A stretch of 64,000 nt of DNA from Eledone cirrhosa (GCA_964016885.1 OZ024742.1:66092001-66156000), one strand, 5' to 3'; shown: positions 1-13,719, numbered from the stretch's first letter. Notes: generated by a model from the letters alone, not told the origin. Numbers and translations are program-made.

Positions 1-64
1 CAGAAATAGAACTTAGCGTCCAGGGTGTTCATATTTCTCTAGGGTAAGTAAAGCAGCTTACAAC

Positions 65-146
65 AGAAGAAGAAGAAGAAGAAGAAGAAGAAGAAGAAGA
101 AGAAGAAGAAGAAGAAGAAGAAGAAGAAGAAGAAGAAGAAGAAGAA
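65..146. repeat. (GAA)n microsatellite
   Basis: Perfect GAA run. Confidence 0.97.
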
Positions 147-736
147 AACAGTAAATGTAAAAAGAAGAAAGAGTAAAAGTAAAAAGAAAGGGAGGGAGGG
201 ATATAAAGAGACAAAGACACAAACTAGAATATCAGGAAATGAAGTCGATTTTCTGAAAGCAATTTTGAAATATCTTAAGAAATGTGTGGAAGTTAATACA
301 AATAACAGTATTGAGGCCATCAATGGAGACTATTTCTCTGGATGTCTAATCTATTACATACATCTATTCAGTATAATCAACATTATCAATATAATCAACT
401 TTATCAACAACATTGTGGCTATCAATGGAAAGTGCCTCTCGAGATATCTAGATGTATTACAGAGCTTCACAATAGTCAACATAATATTTCTGAGTATTAA
501 TCTCAAATGTAGAGTGTATCTTTAGTATATATACCTACAGCACTTTTATATATAACATTACTATGAAACACATAACCATGTGAAAACCACTTTATACTAG
601 ATTTGTTTGTGAAGTGGTAATTTTAGAAGGCATGTGATTTGAAGTCTTCCTTACCCTTTGCCCTTTTACTCAGTGTTTTGCAACACATTTCCACCCTCTA
701 TATGGTCAGTGTTAGTACAACAGCTATCTACCTACC

Positions 737-775
<39 letters not shown>

Positions 776-865
776 TCTTCTGGCCTCTCTGTCTCTCCCA
801 CTCTCCATCTCTCTCAATGTCTCTCGATTTATATAATTCATCGACCTATGTATCTATCTAAGCTA

Positions 866-910
866 TCTTTCTGTCTCTCATATACCCGCTTATCTAGCTG
901 TGGATCTCTC

Positions 911-949
<39 letters not shown>

Positions 950-977
950 CCCACTTATCTACCTGTGGATCTCTCCC

Positions 978-1014
<37 letters not shown>

Positions 1015-1051
1015 GTCTCTCATATACCCGCTTATCTAGCTGTGGATCTCT

Positions 1052-1090
<39 letters not shown>

Positions 1091-1175
1091 CCCACTTATC
1101 TAGCTGTGGATCTCCCCCCCCCCTCTCTCTCTCTCTCTCTCTCATATACCCACTTATCTAGCTGTGGATCTCTCC

Positions 1176-1212
<37 letters not shown>

Positions 1213-1453
1213 GTCTCTCATACACCCACTTATCTAGCTGTGGATCTCCCCCCCCTCTCTCTCTCTCTCTCTCTTTCTCTCTCTGTCTCTCATATACCCA
1301 CTTATCTAGCTGTGGATCTCTCCCCTCTCTCTCTCTCTCTTTCTCTCTCTCTGTCTCTCATATACCCACTTATCTAGCTGTGGATCTCTCCCCCCTCTCT
1401 CTCTCTACCTCTCTCTGTCTCTCATATACCCACTTATCTAGCTGTGGATCTCT

Positions 1454-1502
<49 letters not shown>

Positions 1503-2175
1503 GTCTCTCATATACCCACTTATCTAGCTGTGGATCTCTCCCCCCTCTCTCTCTCTCTCTACCCCTCTCTCTCTCTGTCTCTCATATACCCACTTATCTA
1601 GCTGTGGATCTCTCCCCCTCTCTCTCTCTACCTCTCTCTCTCTCTGTCTCTCATATACCCACTTATCTAGCTGTGGATCTCTCCCCTCTCTCTCTCTCTT
1701 TCTCTCTCTGTCTCTCATATACCCACTTATCTAGCTGTGGATCTCCCCCCCTCTCTCTCTGTCTCTCATATACCCACTTATCTAGCTGTGGATCTCTCCC
1801 CTCTCTCTCTCTCTTTCTCTCTCTGTCTCTCATATACCCACTTATCTAGCTGTGGATCTCCCCCCCCTCTCTCTCTCTGTCTATCATATACCCACTTATC
1901 TAGCTGTGGATCTCCCCCCTCTCTCTCTCTCTGTCTCTCATATACCCACTTATCTAGCTGTGGATCTCTCCCCTCTCTCTCTCTCTTTCTCTCTCTGTCT
2001 CTCATATACCCACTTATCTAGCTGTGGATCTCCCCCCCCTCTCTCTCTGTCTATCATATACCCACTTATCTAGCTGTGGATCTCTCCCCTCTCTCTCTCT
2101 CTCTCTCTTTCTCTCTCTGTCTATCATATACCCACTTATCTAGCTGTGGATCTATCCCCCCTCTCTCTCTCTACC
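866..2175. repeat. Compound minisatellite: ~40-bp constant core plus variable (CT)n, about 20 units
   Basis: CTGTCTCTCATATACCCACTTATCTAGCTGTGGATCTCTCCCC recurs every ~50-85 bp, separated by CT runs. Confidence 0.95.
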
Positions 2176-2344
2176 TCTCTCTCTCTCTATTTATCTATCT
2201 CTCTATCAATCTATCTCTATCTATCTATCCATTTATCTAATTATCTATTCACCTCCCTCCCACCTATCAAGCTATCTACCTGCCTGTCAACCCATCACTA
2301 TATATATATTTATATATAGAGAGTATGCGTAACCCCCCCCCCCC

Positions 2345-2670
2345 TCCTTCGGTCATGAATGACCATGAGATTTGCATTTAGAAAGTTCTTTTCTAAGGTG
2401 CAAGTCCAGGCAAGTTTGTTTGTGGAAGACCAGCAGTCCCTCATGCAGATCAGCCTCTCCTCACCACACCAGTGATATTGTCATAGAGAAAGGCAATCGC
2501 TGATACAGCTTGGCACCAGTCACGCCGCATCTCGTTTCTACAGCTGAGTAAACTGGCACAACGTGAAATAAAGTATCGTGCTCAAGAACACAGCGCATAA
2601 CCCGCTGAGAGAATCGAACTCACAACCTCACGATTGCAAGCGCAAGGCTGTAATCACAAAGCCATGTACC
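2345..2670 (-). mobile_element. tRNA-derived SINE with CORE-like central domain
   Basis: Minus strand has an A-box-like TGGCTTTGTGATT, a B-box GAGTTCGATTC, then GTGTTCTTGAGCACGATACTTTATTTCACGTTG; related pieces at ~9290-9425 and ~40485-40685. Confidence 0.7.
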
Positions 2671-2683
2671 TTCTCTCTCTCTG

Positions 2684-2717
<34 letters not shown>

Positions 2718-2725
2718 TGTGTGTG

Positions 2726-2775
<50 letters not shown>

Positions 2776-3627
2776 TAAAACAAAACAATCATTCGATTAT
2801 CTGTACGAACATGGATAGATACATACGTAGAGCAAATTTCTCGTAACTTAGTGGCCATATGTTTGATAATGGTTGAAGAAAATTATTGGAATTGATTTAA
2901 AAAAGTATAAAATAAAATAAGCTGGTTGCCGAAGTGATATGAGGGAGAAAATCTAAGAATATTTAAGCATCGATACATTTAATGGTATAATCAAGGAATG
3001 TTGAAATGTTTTACTATAAACTCCGTCACTTGTTACGGGTACTATGCTAATACAGACATAGTGAGATAGATAGATAGATAGATAGATAAATAAATATATA
3101 TATATATATAGAGAGAGAGAGGGGGTATATATATATACGTATATATTGTTATACTTGGGGAGGGTCATATTGTTGTAATACTATTGCCAGAATTAATAAC
3201 AGAACACACTTACAGTTTGGTTGTTTTCGCTACTGTATCTTTTATATCAGTTAATTCATTAGGTCCTCAATGTTTACCATTGACTGACCAACAGTAAAAA
3301 ATACAGATATAATATAGACACAAATACATATATATAGTCTAACAAAGTTCTTTCGTTGCACATCTGCAACATCTCAGTGGTGTTATTATATTTCCTCCTG
3401 TTCTATTTTATGTCTACGCCATCTTTATTTAATCTGTTTATTTATTTATTTATTTATTTATTTTTGTCTTCTCTGCGCATGCGTTTGCATGTGTGTGTAT
3501 AGTGTTTGATGTGTGTTCGCGTTTGGGTGATTGTGTTTTGGTTATTGTATTCTATCTTAGTTTACTAGTATGTGTTTATATGTTTGTTGTTATTGTGCTT
3601 GTGTATATATTTATTTATTTATTTATA

Positions 3628-5930
3628 TTTATCTTAGGTCAGTATTGTTTGTTTGGGTATTATTATTCCATTCATTTTTTCTGTTTAGCTTTGGCCTTCT
3701 AAGTTCTATTTCATTTGCTTCTCTGATTTGCCTATCTGCTGAGTCATTTCTATGTTTAGATATTTAAATTTCTATGTTGTCTATGTTACCGTCATGTTGT
3801 TGTCTGGCGTGTTCGCATAGTACTGAATCGTTTTTTCGTCCTTTTAGTTCCCTCTAGTGTTGGACTATCCTTTCTCCTATGCTTCGAGCAGTCTTGCCTA
3901 TGTATGTTGTTGTCATGTATCTCCAAGTACCCTCTGTACATCTTATGCTATATAGTACGTTTCTAGTTTTACAGTTTATCCTGGGGTTTCCTTTACATAT
4001 ATTACATTTCCTATTAGTACAGTGGGTTTTCTGAAAAGGGTATGTTTTGCTGATCAGGGATTTTATGGTTATTCCTGGCTTTTCTACCACCTTAATCTTT
4101 AAGTGGGTCTTTCTCAGGGCCTTTCTACACTGGTTAGTTAATTTCCCTCCAGGCGTAGCGTCTACGAACATGACACTCTGGTTGTCGTACCATGAGGTGG
4201 CTTTCCTTACCTTATGTTTAATCCTATCTAAGCTATTCCATGATTTGCTCCTGTATAATGGGGAAATTCCTTTCATGTCCTGTTCTATGAGGGTCTTATA
4301 CTTCTCCGTGGCTCCTTCGTATACTCTGACTCTGTCTCTTTGGTTGTAGCCAGAGAACTGCATGCGGTTGATGAAGTGTTGGATGTGTCTTTCCATTTCT
4401 GTTGGGTCGCACATGCGGGACACGTTCTTCATCACTCGTACCAAGTCTGCGATCAGAATATTAAACTTAGCATTACTGGACATTGCTGAGTTTTTGAGTA
4501 TCAGGTATTTGGGGGCCATGGGTTTAGCGTAGTGTGAGTGGAGAATTTTGGCCCTCTCGTCTATAGTGATAATCCAGAGTTCCGTGTCTAATACAGGTAG
4601 TGTACTGTTAGGGTGTTTGGAAGGGTAGTCGATAGTTACAGTTATACTCTGGTGTATGGAATTGGCTATCTGCTGGGTGCTTTCCATTGTGCTACATTCT
4701 AAATCATACTTGTTAGTACTCTCTTGTTGGGGTGTCCTTATTACTATATTAATGTCGTCTATGCAACGAGAGTACATGATGAGGTCTATGGAGCTCTCAT
4801 CATGGAGATCTTTGAGTCTCCTTCCCCACCATACCATAAAAAGTTTGGCAATGTCACCAGCTATGTTGACGCCAATGGCTGCTCCCTCATTTTGGGTGTA
4901 GATCTTCTCGTTGAATTTGAATATGTGACCCTTTAGAGTAGCTTTAATACTAGACCCTATTGCATGTGTGACCATTGTTTTTTTTTTGGGGGGGGGGGGG
5001 TCGGTATGGCTTTGGTCCACCCAATCCATCTTCTCATGGGAGTCTTTTTTGCTATTGAGGTTACGGTGGGGGTCTACCACTTCTGGGTCTACTGGGGCAG
5101 GAACGGCTAAGGTCATGGCTGTCTAGGTAGTCAGTGTCATAGGTAAAACTATGTAGGAGGCCCAGTTCGTCTGTGTCGACGTCGCAGAACTCCACCTCAC
5201 TCTCACTGATCATCTCCACACATTTTTCCATACTGCCTATTATGCACTTAGATAGGTTTTTGTTTTTGTTGCATTCATTGATTCTGCTGAGGAGGTCCTC
5301 TGTACTGTCACATACATCTGGGGACATCTTGATTATGGGGCGTATAACCATTGGAAACTAGTAGGAGATCCTCTAGTTGCTAGCGATATTGGCTTCGCAT
5401 GTTGGTGGTCTTGTTGTCGGGTCGTCGACTGTTTTATGGTCTTTGCGGAGCCCATAGAAGGGTGGTATGTCATTGTTAGACGCCTGGAAGTTATTGGCAG
5501 TGCGTCTGCTTGGCTTTAAGATGTCGGTCCACATCATCATGTGAGCGTTAATGATCTTCTCTCTACCCTCATGTATTTGCTGTTTAATTTCGCTCTCATG
5601 TTGGTGATGTGGGGTTGCATAGCCTTGATGTAGTTCGGCATGCTGTCTATTGACATCCTACCAGACTTATCCGAGAGTAGACATACTACCCCCACCATCC
5701 CTTGTGCGCTGCTTGAGGATAACTAAGCCTTCTACAGGTTTCCTTCCAAGTTGTTGGACCTCTGGTCTGCTTTGTCTCTTAGTATATCGGTCTACTATTT
5801 GTTTAATCTTATTTCTAGCTATGGTGAACTGTGCCTCTGTCTCGTCATCTATTTGTTGTGGTATACATACTCTTTTATTAAAGGATAACCTCGTAAGATA
5901 AATGTTACCCATCTGATATAGGCGAGACAC
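3628..5930 (-). pseudogene. PLE RT-GIY-YIG ORF with frameshifts and stops
   Basis: ORFs 5667-5930, 5061-5351 and 3854-5116: FKFNEKIYTQNEGAAIG, YSRCIDDI, LPVLDTEL, CTNRKCNIC, NVLYSIRC...YIGKTARSIGERIVQH; the frame continues past the TAG at 3854 (EHARQQH...RQIREA..I...PKLNRKNEW). Confidence 0.9.
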
Positions 5931-6414
5931 ATCGTAACATAGGTGAAAGGAGAGACCAACACTGGGAGGGGGGGGGGGGTACTAAAAGGACTATACGAAC
6001 ACGCCAGACAACAACATGACGGTAACATAGACAACATAGAAATAATATCTAAACATAGAAATGACCCAGCAGATAGGCAAATCAGAGAGGCAAGTGAAAT
6101 AGAACTTAGAAGGCCAAAGCTAAACAGAAAAAATGAATGGAATAACAACACCCAAACAAACAATACTGACCTAAGATAAATATAAATAAATAAATAAATA
6201 TATACACAAGCACAATAACAACAAACATATAAATACACACTAGTAAACTAAGATAGAATACAATAACCAAAACACAGTCACCCAAACGCGAACGCACACC
6301 AAACACTATACACACACACGCAAACGCATGCGCAGAGAAGAAGACAAAATAAATAAATAAATAAACAGATTAAATAAAGATGGCGTAGACATACAATACA
6401 ACAGGAGGAAACAT

Positions 6415-6465
6415 AATAGCACCCCTGACGATGTTGCAGATGTGCAACGAAAGAACTTTGTTAGA
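6415..6465 (+). ncRNA. Hammerhead ribozyme-like motif in the PLE pseudo-LTR
   Basis: CTGACGA-T-GTTGCA-GATG-TGCAAC-GAAA-GAACTT-TGTTA; stem I imperfect; the mirror copy near 3335-3385 lacks one core base. Confidence 0.65.
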
Positions 6466-6704
6466 CTATATATATGTGTTTGTGTCTATATTATATTTGT
6501 ATTTTTGACCGTTGGTCAGTCAATGGTAAACATTGAGGACCAAATGAATTAACTGATATAAAAGACACAGAATTGAAAACCAACCAAACAGTGAGTGTAT
6601 TCTGTTATTAATTCTGGCAATATTACTACAACAATATGACCCTCCCCAAGTATAACAATATTTGTTTCGACACATGATTTCATATTAAAAATCTCGCAAA
6701 ACGA

Positions 6705-7447
<743 letters not shown>

Positions 7448-8547
7448 GGTAACCCTGATTTCAGGCGTGCTTGATTTGCCCTGACTTGAAATTTGTCCTT
7501 ATTCAAATTTCCGTCGCAAAGTCACTCATAGAATTTCGCTGAAGCAGTCCAAGGCTGAAGTGAATATTTACAAACATGATGTTACCTTTTTCTTAACGTG
7601 TCTTTCACTGTGAAAAAAATAAATAAAAGGAAAAAATAAAACGCACAGCTACAGCTCAGTTTTCCGAACGCCTCTGGCCGACCTCCATATCTTAATGAAG
7701 TTCAAACAAAGCTCCAGTAAACGTAGTTTACATGCTTCCAAACACAATAACTGTTATACTTCCTGCTGGAATCGTTTGAGAAAATATTCATTTATTTTAT
7801 AACAAGCCTAGTTCGCACTATATGCAAATGAGCATTACCAGCCGATGATTTCCATTTGATATATGCAAATGATCATTTCAAGAAAATATTCATCACGAAA
7901 CTTGAAACAGCGATGCCTGATATTCTCGACTGCTTCTGATAATTTGTTGCGCGTTGGTATTTTCCATACTATTACAGCAACATAATTCCGTACATTCACA
8001 CCTGTCGCTGAATTTTCTTTCTTTTACAAGGTGTGACAGGTGTAGCTACTCGATGATAGTTTTCTTCTTTCTCAGGGTCGGTCACAAGCAGCGTTTTGTC
8101 TTTTCTCTCCATTGCGTTATCACCTAATTGTCATCTCCACTGGCCGAGTCCTTCATATCAGAGAAACTAACGAGAATTTCGCTGCCCAACTTTATATGCA
8201 TATTTCATTTAGTGCGACAGAAATGTAAGGTACACTATATATTAAAAAATAATATTTTAAAAAATTGTGTTTGGTCTGTGTGTCTGTAGTGTCCACGATG
8301 TTCCTACATGTATTTAAAGATTGTTTTCATTATTTGCCTATCGTTTGTTTGTCAGTTTTTCGTTTCGAATCACAATATTATCTGTACAGCAATAGACCTG
8401 TTTCTGACCTATTGCTGTTGTGGTATTCTAGAATGTTTTCAACACTTAGCCGAATGCACTATTTATGACTAGATGATGAAGTGAATAGTTGTTCTTCTCG
8501 TCCTACCTCCAACTGAACACCACACAGTCATTCTCTCGATAATATTA

Positions 8548-8579
<32 letters not shown>

Positions 8580-8583
<4 letters not shown>

Positions 8584-8722
8584 AACGAGTAGGACCCCGA
8601 CGGCTGAGCTCGAGCTCAGCCGTCGGGGTCCTACTCGTTCCTATTACCCAATCTACTACCCTAAGTATTGAGTACTTTGGTGCGTTATGGTCCACCTGGT
8701 TCCTTACCACATTTCTTTCGTT
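8580..8722 (+). mobile_element. Fold-back mini-element, family B
   Basis: Perfect 64-bp palindrome 8580-8643 with no spacer, then a ~80-nt tail into (TA)n; homologue at 14968-15175. Confidence 0.8.
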
Positions 8723-8747
8723 ATATATATATATGTATATATGTATG

Positions 8748-8787
<40 letters not shown>

Positions 8788-9452
8788 GGCACACTTTTTC
8801 AGATATGAGAGCGACTTGGCAGGTGTTAAAATGTAATTGTTACCAACGTATACTCAAGTCGCAAGGCAAGACAGCTCATGAACTAAATTAGTAGCATCCA
8901 GTGGGAAAAATAAATGCCTCATTAGGAAAATTAAAAGAATATATAATTTAATTTACTAAAAGGCGTCTAAGAGGAGCAGCAATAGTAGGAGCAGTAATTC
9001 CAAACACAGTAACAATAGTGGAATCGATAAAAAAACACTCTATCCTTAGAATAACATAAACCGTATCAACTATGAAATTGTCGCTGAGAAAAACTAAGCC
9101 AATAAAGAAATTAAATGTAAAACAACGATGTTCTAACGATACACTCGCCTCCAAAAAATGAATAATGAATATATTATAAACATTAAAATAATAAACTAAA
9201 TTTCGTTGAATTCTCCATTGGTGTAACGCTCAGTGTAAGCAGCATCTGCTCAATGCTGCTAAAGTTGTTTAAGCCTCAAAAGAATCATCTCCGCAGTTGA
9301 GAGAACTCAAGCAACAAGAAATAGTGTCATCTTCAAGGACACAACGCATTGCCCGGTTTGTCAATCGAAGTCATAACCTCACGATTGTGAGTTCAACTAC
9401 CTTACCTTTAAACCACGCACCTCACACATATAAATACTGGAGTGTCTTTTAC

Positions 9453-9491
<39 letters not shown>

Positions 9492-9521
9492 CATATATAC
9501 ATATATATATATATTCAACAA

Positions 9522-9581
<60 letters not shown>

Positions 9582-9994
9582 GCACACACACACACACACA
9601 TACACACACACACACATACACCCACACATATATATATAAAGCACCACAAGTAATCCATACGGTATAGCGAAGTCAACGAGTACAGAATTATGTTAATATT
9701 TTTTTCTTTTGGTTTTCACGTTACCAGTGTGTAGTATAATGCAGATTTGCAGACACGTTGTACTTGCAACAGGTTTGAAGCTCACCCCCTTCCCTATCAG
9801 TACCACAAACCCCTAACTTGAAACACAATCTACTCTAGTAAGCTCTTGTGTCTGCTCTGAGGAAACAATTATTCCACAGCAGCAGTCTGTGACTACATGC
9901 TGGAAACACAAGAATAACACTAATGATATACGATATTTAGAAATATGTCAAAGAATAAGAACATATTTAGTTTTTATAGTTGTTATTATTGTTA

Positions 9995-9997
<3 letters not shown>

Positions 9998-10056
<59 letters not shown>
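9998..10056. repeat. (ATT)n microsatellite
   Basis: Direct reading. Confidence 0.95.
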
Positions 10057-10058
<2 letters not shown>

Positions 10059-10530
10059 TTTATTCATTTTCTTTATAGTTATAAAAAATCATTATAAAAT
10101 GAATATGACGATAACTGTGGTAGTAATGATGATGTTGATCGTGGTAATGTTTGCAGTAGCTGTGATGATGATGATAGTGCGGATGATGAGGGAGGGATAA
10201 TGAAGATGATGATCATGATGACGGTGACGGTGCTGATGGTAATGTTGCTGGTTGTGTAGTAGTGTTGGTTGTATTTTTGTATTCCTATATTTGAGAAATA
10301 GGGCACAGAGTGGAAGAAAGTGTAAAAGCGTCTGCTTGACTTGCAGTAATTCGTTTAGGTATTTGTTTCCGGCTATTTACACGTTCTGGGTTCATACTTA
10401 GCCTGGAGTCAACTTTGCATTATATTTTTTACCCAGAAAACAAATACAACCACATAAACACGAATAACAACAACAAACCGCAAGGACAATAACAACCTAA
10501 AATACAATTAAAACATCAATGACAATAACT

Positions 10531-10531
10531 A

Positions 10532-10588
<57 letters not shown>
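10531..10588. repeat. (TAC)n microsatellite
   Basis: Direct reading. Confidence 0.95.
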
Positions 10589-10677
10589 ATTATCTTTTAT
10601 GAAACTACGCCGGTATAAAAATTTACAATATCCCCCAAAAGAATAAGACATCTGATAAGAACAAGAACAAAAACTGC

Positions 10678-10886
10678 AACCACAATAACTATACGAATAA
10701 CTTTAATAATTATAGAACTTTCTGTATTAACATCAGTGAAACCAACCACAATAACTATAAGAATAACTTTAATAATTATAGAACTTTCTGTATTAACATA
10801 AGTGAAACCAATCACAATAACTATAAGAAGAACTTTAATAATTATAGAACTTTCTGTATTAACATCAGTGAAACCAACCACAATAA
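10678..10886. repeat. 66-bp tandem repeat, about 3 copies
   Basis: AACCACAATAACTATAAGAATAACTTTAATAATTATAGAACTTTCTGTATTAACATCAGTGAAACC repeated with period 66. Confidence 0.92.
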
Positions 10887-11282
10887 TTACACAAACAGCA
10901 AAAACATGTTTCGTATTGAGTGTGCCTCAGCACTGTCCCATAAAAGATATATATAACAATACGAACATTAAAAACAAGAATCTAGTAGCTAGAGCTGAGG
11001 ACGGAACCTCTACATTGTCGGCTGATCTGCTCGAAAAGATAGGCAGTTATTCCTCATATCAGGCATGAATGACTTCAATGCTGAAATGACATGTGGAATA
11101 ATGTGATATCTCTAAACCGACCAGTTGTTCACAGCGAGAAATCTTTGATCACACGGCTGCTGGATCAGGCATGAGCTGACCATAACCATCAATATACCAT
11201 GCAGAAATAATCCAATATGTTTCTTCAGATGTTTGGATAGACTAAACACGAGTCGATATATTCGATGAACCCTAATATAATT

Positions 11283-11470
11283 ATTTCTACTTTTTGGAAC
11301 AAGGCCAGCAATTATCTCAGTGTATTACTGGTGCTTTATTTTATCGACCCCGTAAGGATGAAAGGCAAATTTAACCTCGGCGGGATTTGAACTCAGACCA
11401 CAAAGGGCCGTAACTCCTTGCTGGAAAGCATGACATCTGACCCTCTACCGATATTGCCAATACACCGCCT
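11283..11470 (-). mobile_element. tRNA-derived SINE with Deu/Nin-like central domain
   Basis: Minus strand GGCGG..TTGGCAATATCGGTAGAG...GAGTTCAAATCCCGCCGAGG..TTTGCCTTTCATCCTTACGGGGTCGATAAAATAAAG; multicopy in the window. Confidence 0.85.
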
Positions 11471-11899
11471 AATATAATACTAGTGTGTTAACCCATGAAG
11501 AAATAAGTAGTAAACGTAACCTTGGCAAGATTCAACCTCCTAACTTAGAAGTACGAAGATTAATAAACAAATAATTAATCAATACTGGAAAGCATGTAGT
11601 GCAACTTCCTGTTGTAACTGACACAATATGTAAACGTGAAGTTAAACGCTTTAGATCCTTACGAAATATATGCCATAGTGGTGTAAATGTATTCAACATA
11701 GCTTCCAGCAAGAATCGAAACTGGCTCGTGTTTATAAATTTCTCAGATTCATCTTTTGCTCAACAACAACCGAAAACACACTAACACCATGTGCACATAC
11801 TATAACACGAGCCACAAGATCGGTGTATAGATTTGTGGAATGGAATATAAATGACGCTCAATGGATCGGAAAGGAAACACTTGATTACATGATCTCTCT

Positions 11900-11946
<47 letters not shown>

Positions 11947-12094
11947 AAATATATATGTATATTATTGAATTAAATGACAGGAGGCCAGTCTGGTGAAATT
12001 CCTTCAAAAATTCATTGTAGCGGAACACAATGTACATTTCAGTGGCCAAGTCCCGTAAGATCGTGGTGATATCATTAGGTGTTTATTGCATAAT

Positions 12095-12131
<37 letters not shown>

Positions 12132-12156
12132 TAGATAGATAGATATGTATATATAT

Positions 12157-12258
12157 ATAGAGGTGTCCCAAATATATATGCACAATTTGAGTACCTATAC
12201 AGGCGATATTTGTTAGAATGCTGTTGAAGTGTCTATACATTTTTAGGACACCCTGTAT
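12157..12258. mobile_element. Short Tc1/mariner-type MITE
   Basis: Imperfect TIRs GAGGTGTCCCAAATAT.. / ..ATTTTTAGGACACCCTG with TA flanks. Confidence 0.55.
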
Positions 12259-12282
12259 ACACACACACACATACCCTCCCCC

Positions 12283-12347
<65 letters not shown>

Positions 12348-13265
12348 AGAGAGAGAGAGAAGTATGTATGCATAAAAACTGAATGCTGTTGAAAGATCAG
12401 AAGCGGTTTAACAGATACGGTCTTTAGCCAAGCATCACTTTGAAACGCCGGTGTTGTTAGCCAATCATGTCAGATGACCAACACGAGATAATTATAAGAA
12501 TGCATTTACATGAAGACACGTGAGCCTTCAGTCCTTTATGGCCAATGGTATGCGCATCCAGTTTAGACGATTACACAAAGGTGCAAATGCTGTTGACGGT
12601 GTCCTTAGCCAAATACCGTAACAAAGCAAAACGTAAATCAAAATGTGTCTAGTTAATTGAGGCTAATGGCCTGTAATACGTTGTTGTTCTCGAAGTCCAG
12701 TTGACAATTACCAAACATGCCTGAAATAATATAGCATAATGCTCATACAGAGTTCATCTGCTACATCCTCCTACACATCTAACTACACATACTACACATC
12801 TAACTGCACATACGTATATATATCCAGGGAGTGTAACGCGGAGTGTAACGCGGAGTTACTGTAGGTTCACTCGGGTGAGCACTCGATGTTTAGGTTCACT
12901 TCTGTATCGAGGTATAGAGCTAGACAGAGTGTAGTATAATAAAATAACACAAGGACGAGTGGTTACTCCTTCATTACGTTTATTGTTTGGTGACGCGCCT
13001 TTCGCCACAGATCAACTCAAGGTTCGATCTGTATCGATCTAGCCCGACTCGGCAATCCGCGGATCGTATGACCCTTTAGTGGTAATGAAAAAATGATTAT
13101 ACATGTACGAGAAAGTCTGATATTTCTTAATATATATATATATATTTATTAAAATATCAGATTAAAGTTTAAGCAAAGAATCGCTGCTTTCACCCTTAAC
13201 GGGGTCTTCTGAAACTATTTATCTTTATCGAGCCCTCTTTGGATTTTAGTCTTCAAATTTATTAT

Positions 13266-13337
<72 letters not shown>

Positions 13338-13631
13338 GAATTAAGGTCGGTAACACGGAATGTGCATAAATGGAAACTTTTTTTCCCATATGAAATGTTG
13401 AGAGAATAATACCGCGAGAGAAATTGTGTGTAAAGGGAAGATTGATATCACCATAGTAACTAACTAGATAGCAGGTGACGTTTTCCCGGTGAAACTCCCA
13501 GCTTCTTGTTGCCGGCTTGCGTGTTCGTTACCCGAGACGACGTTCATCCCCAGGTTACACGACTGAATAACAAGTCGTTAAAGTACTGAAAATTGGCAAG
13601 TGCTTAGCCCTCAAGCATATCTATCTATTTT

Positions 13632-13685
<54 letters not shown>

Positions 13686-13686
13686 C

Positions 13687-13719
<33 letters not shown>

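Larger units (their letters stand above)
3143..6704 (-). mobile_element. Penelope-like retroelement (RT + GIY-YIG) with inverted pseudo-LTRs, decayed
   Basis: Inverted arms 3143-3848 and 5981-6661 plus a unique tail 6662-6704; flanked by (TA)n; internal RT-EN reading frame. Confidence 0.92.

Noticed and set aside
866-2175. CRISPR-like look of constant repeats with variable spacers
   Set aside because: Spacers are only CT runs, there are no cas genes, and the context is eukaryotic
5943-6179. Independent 78-aa plus-strand gene
   Set aside because: It is the inverted pseudo-LTR copy of the PLE endonuclease C-terminus
11385-11470. tRNA genes
   Set aside because: A/B-box-like heads belong to multicopy SINEs; no complete cloverleaf seen
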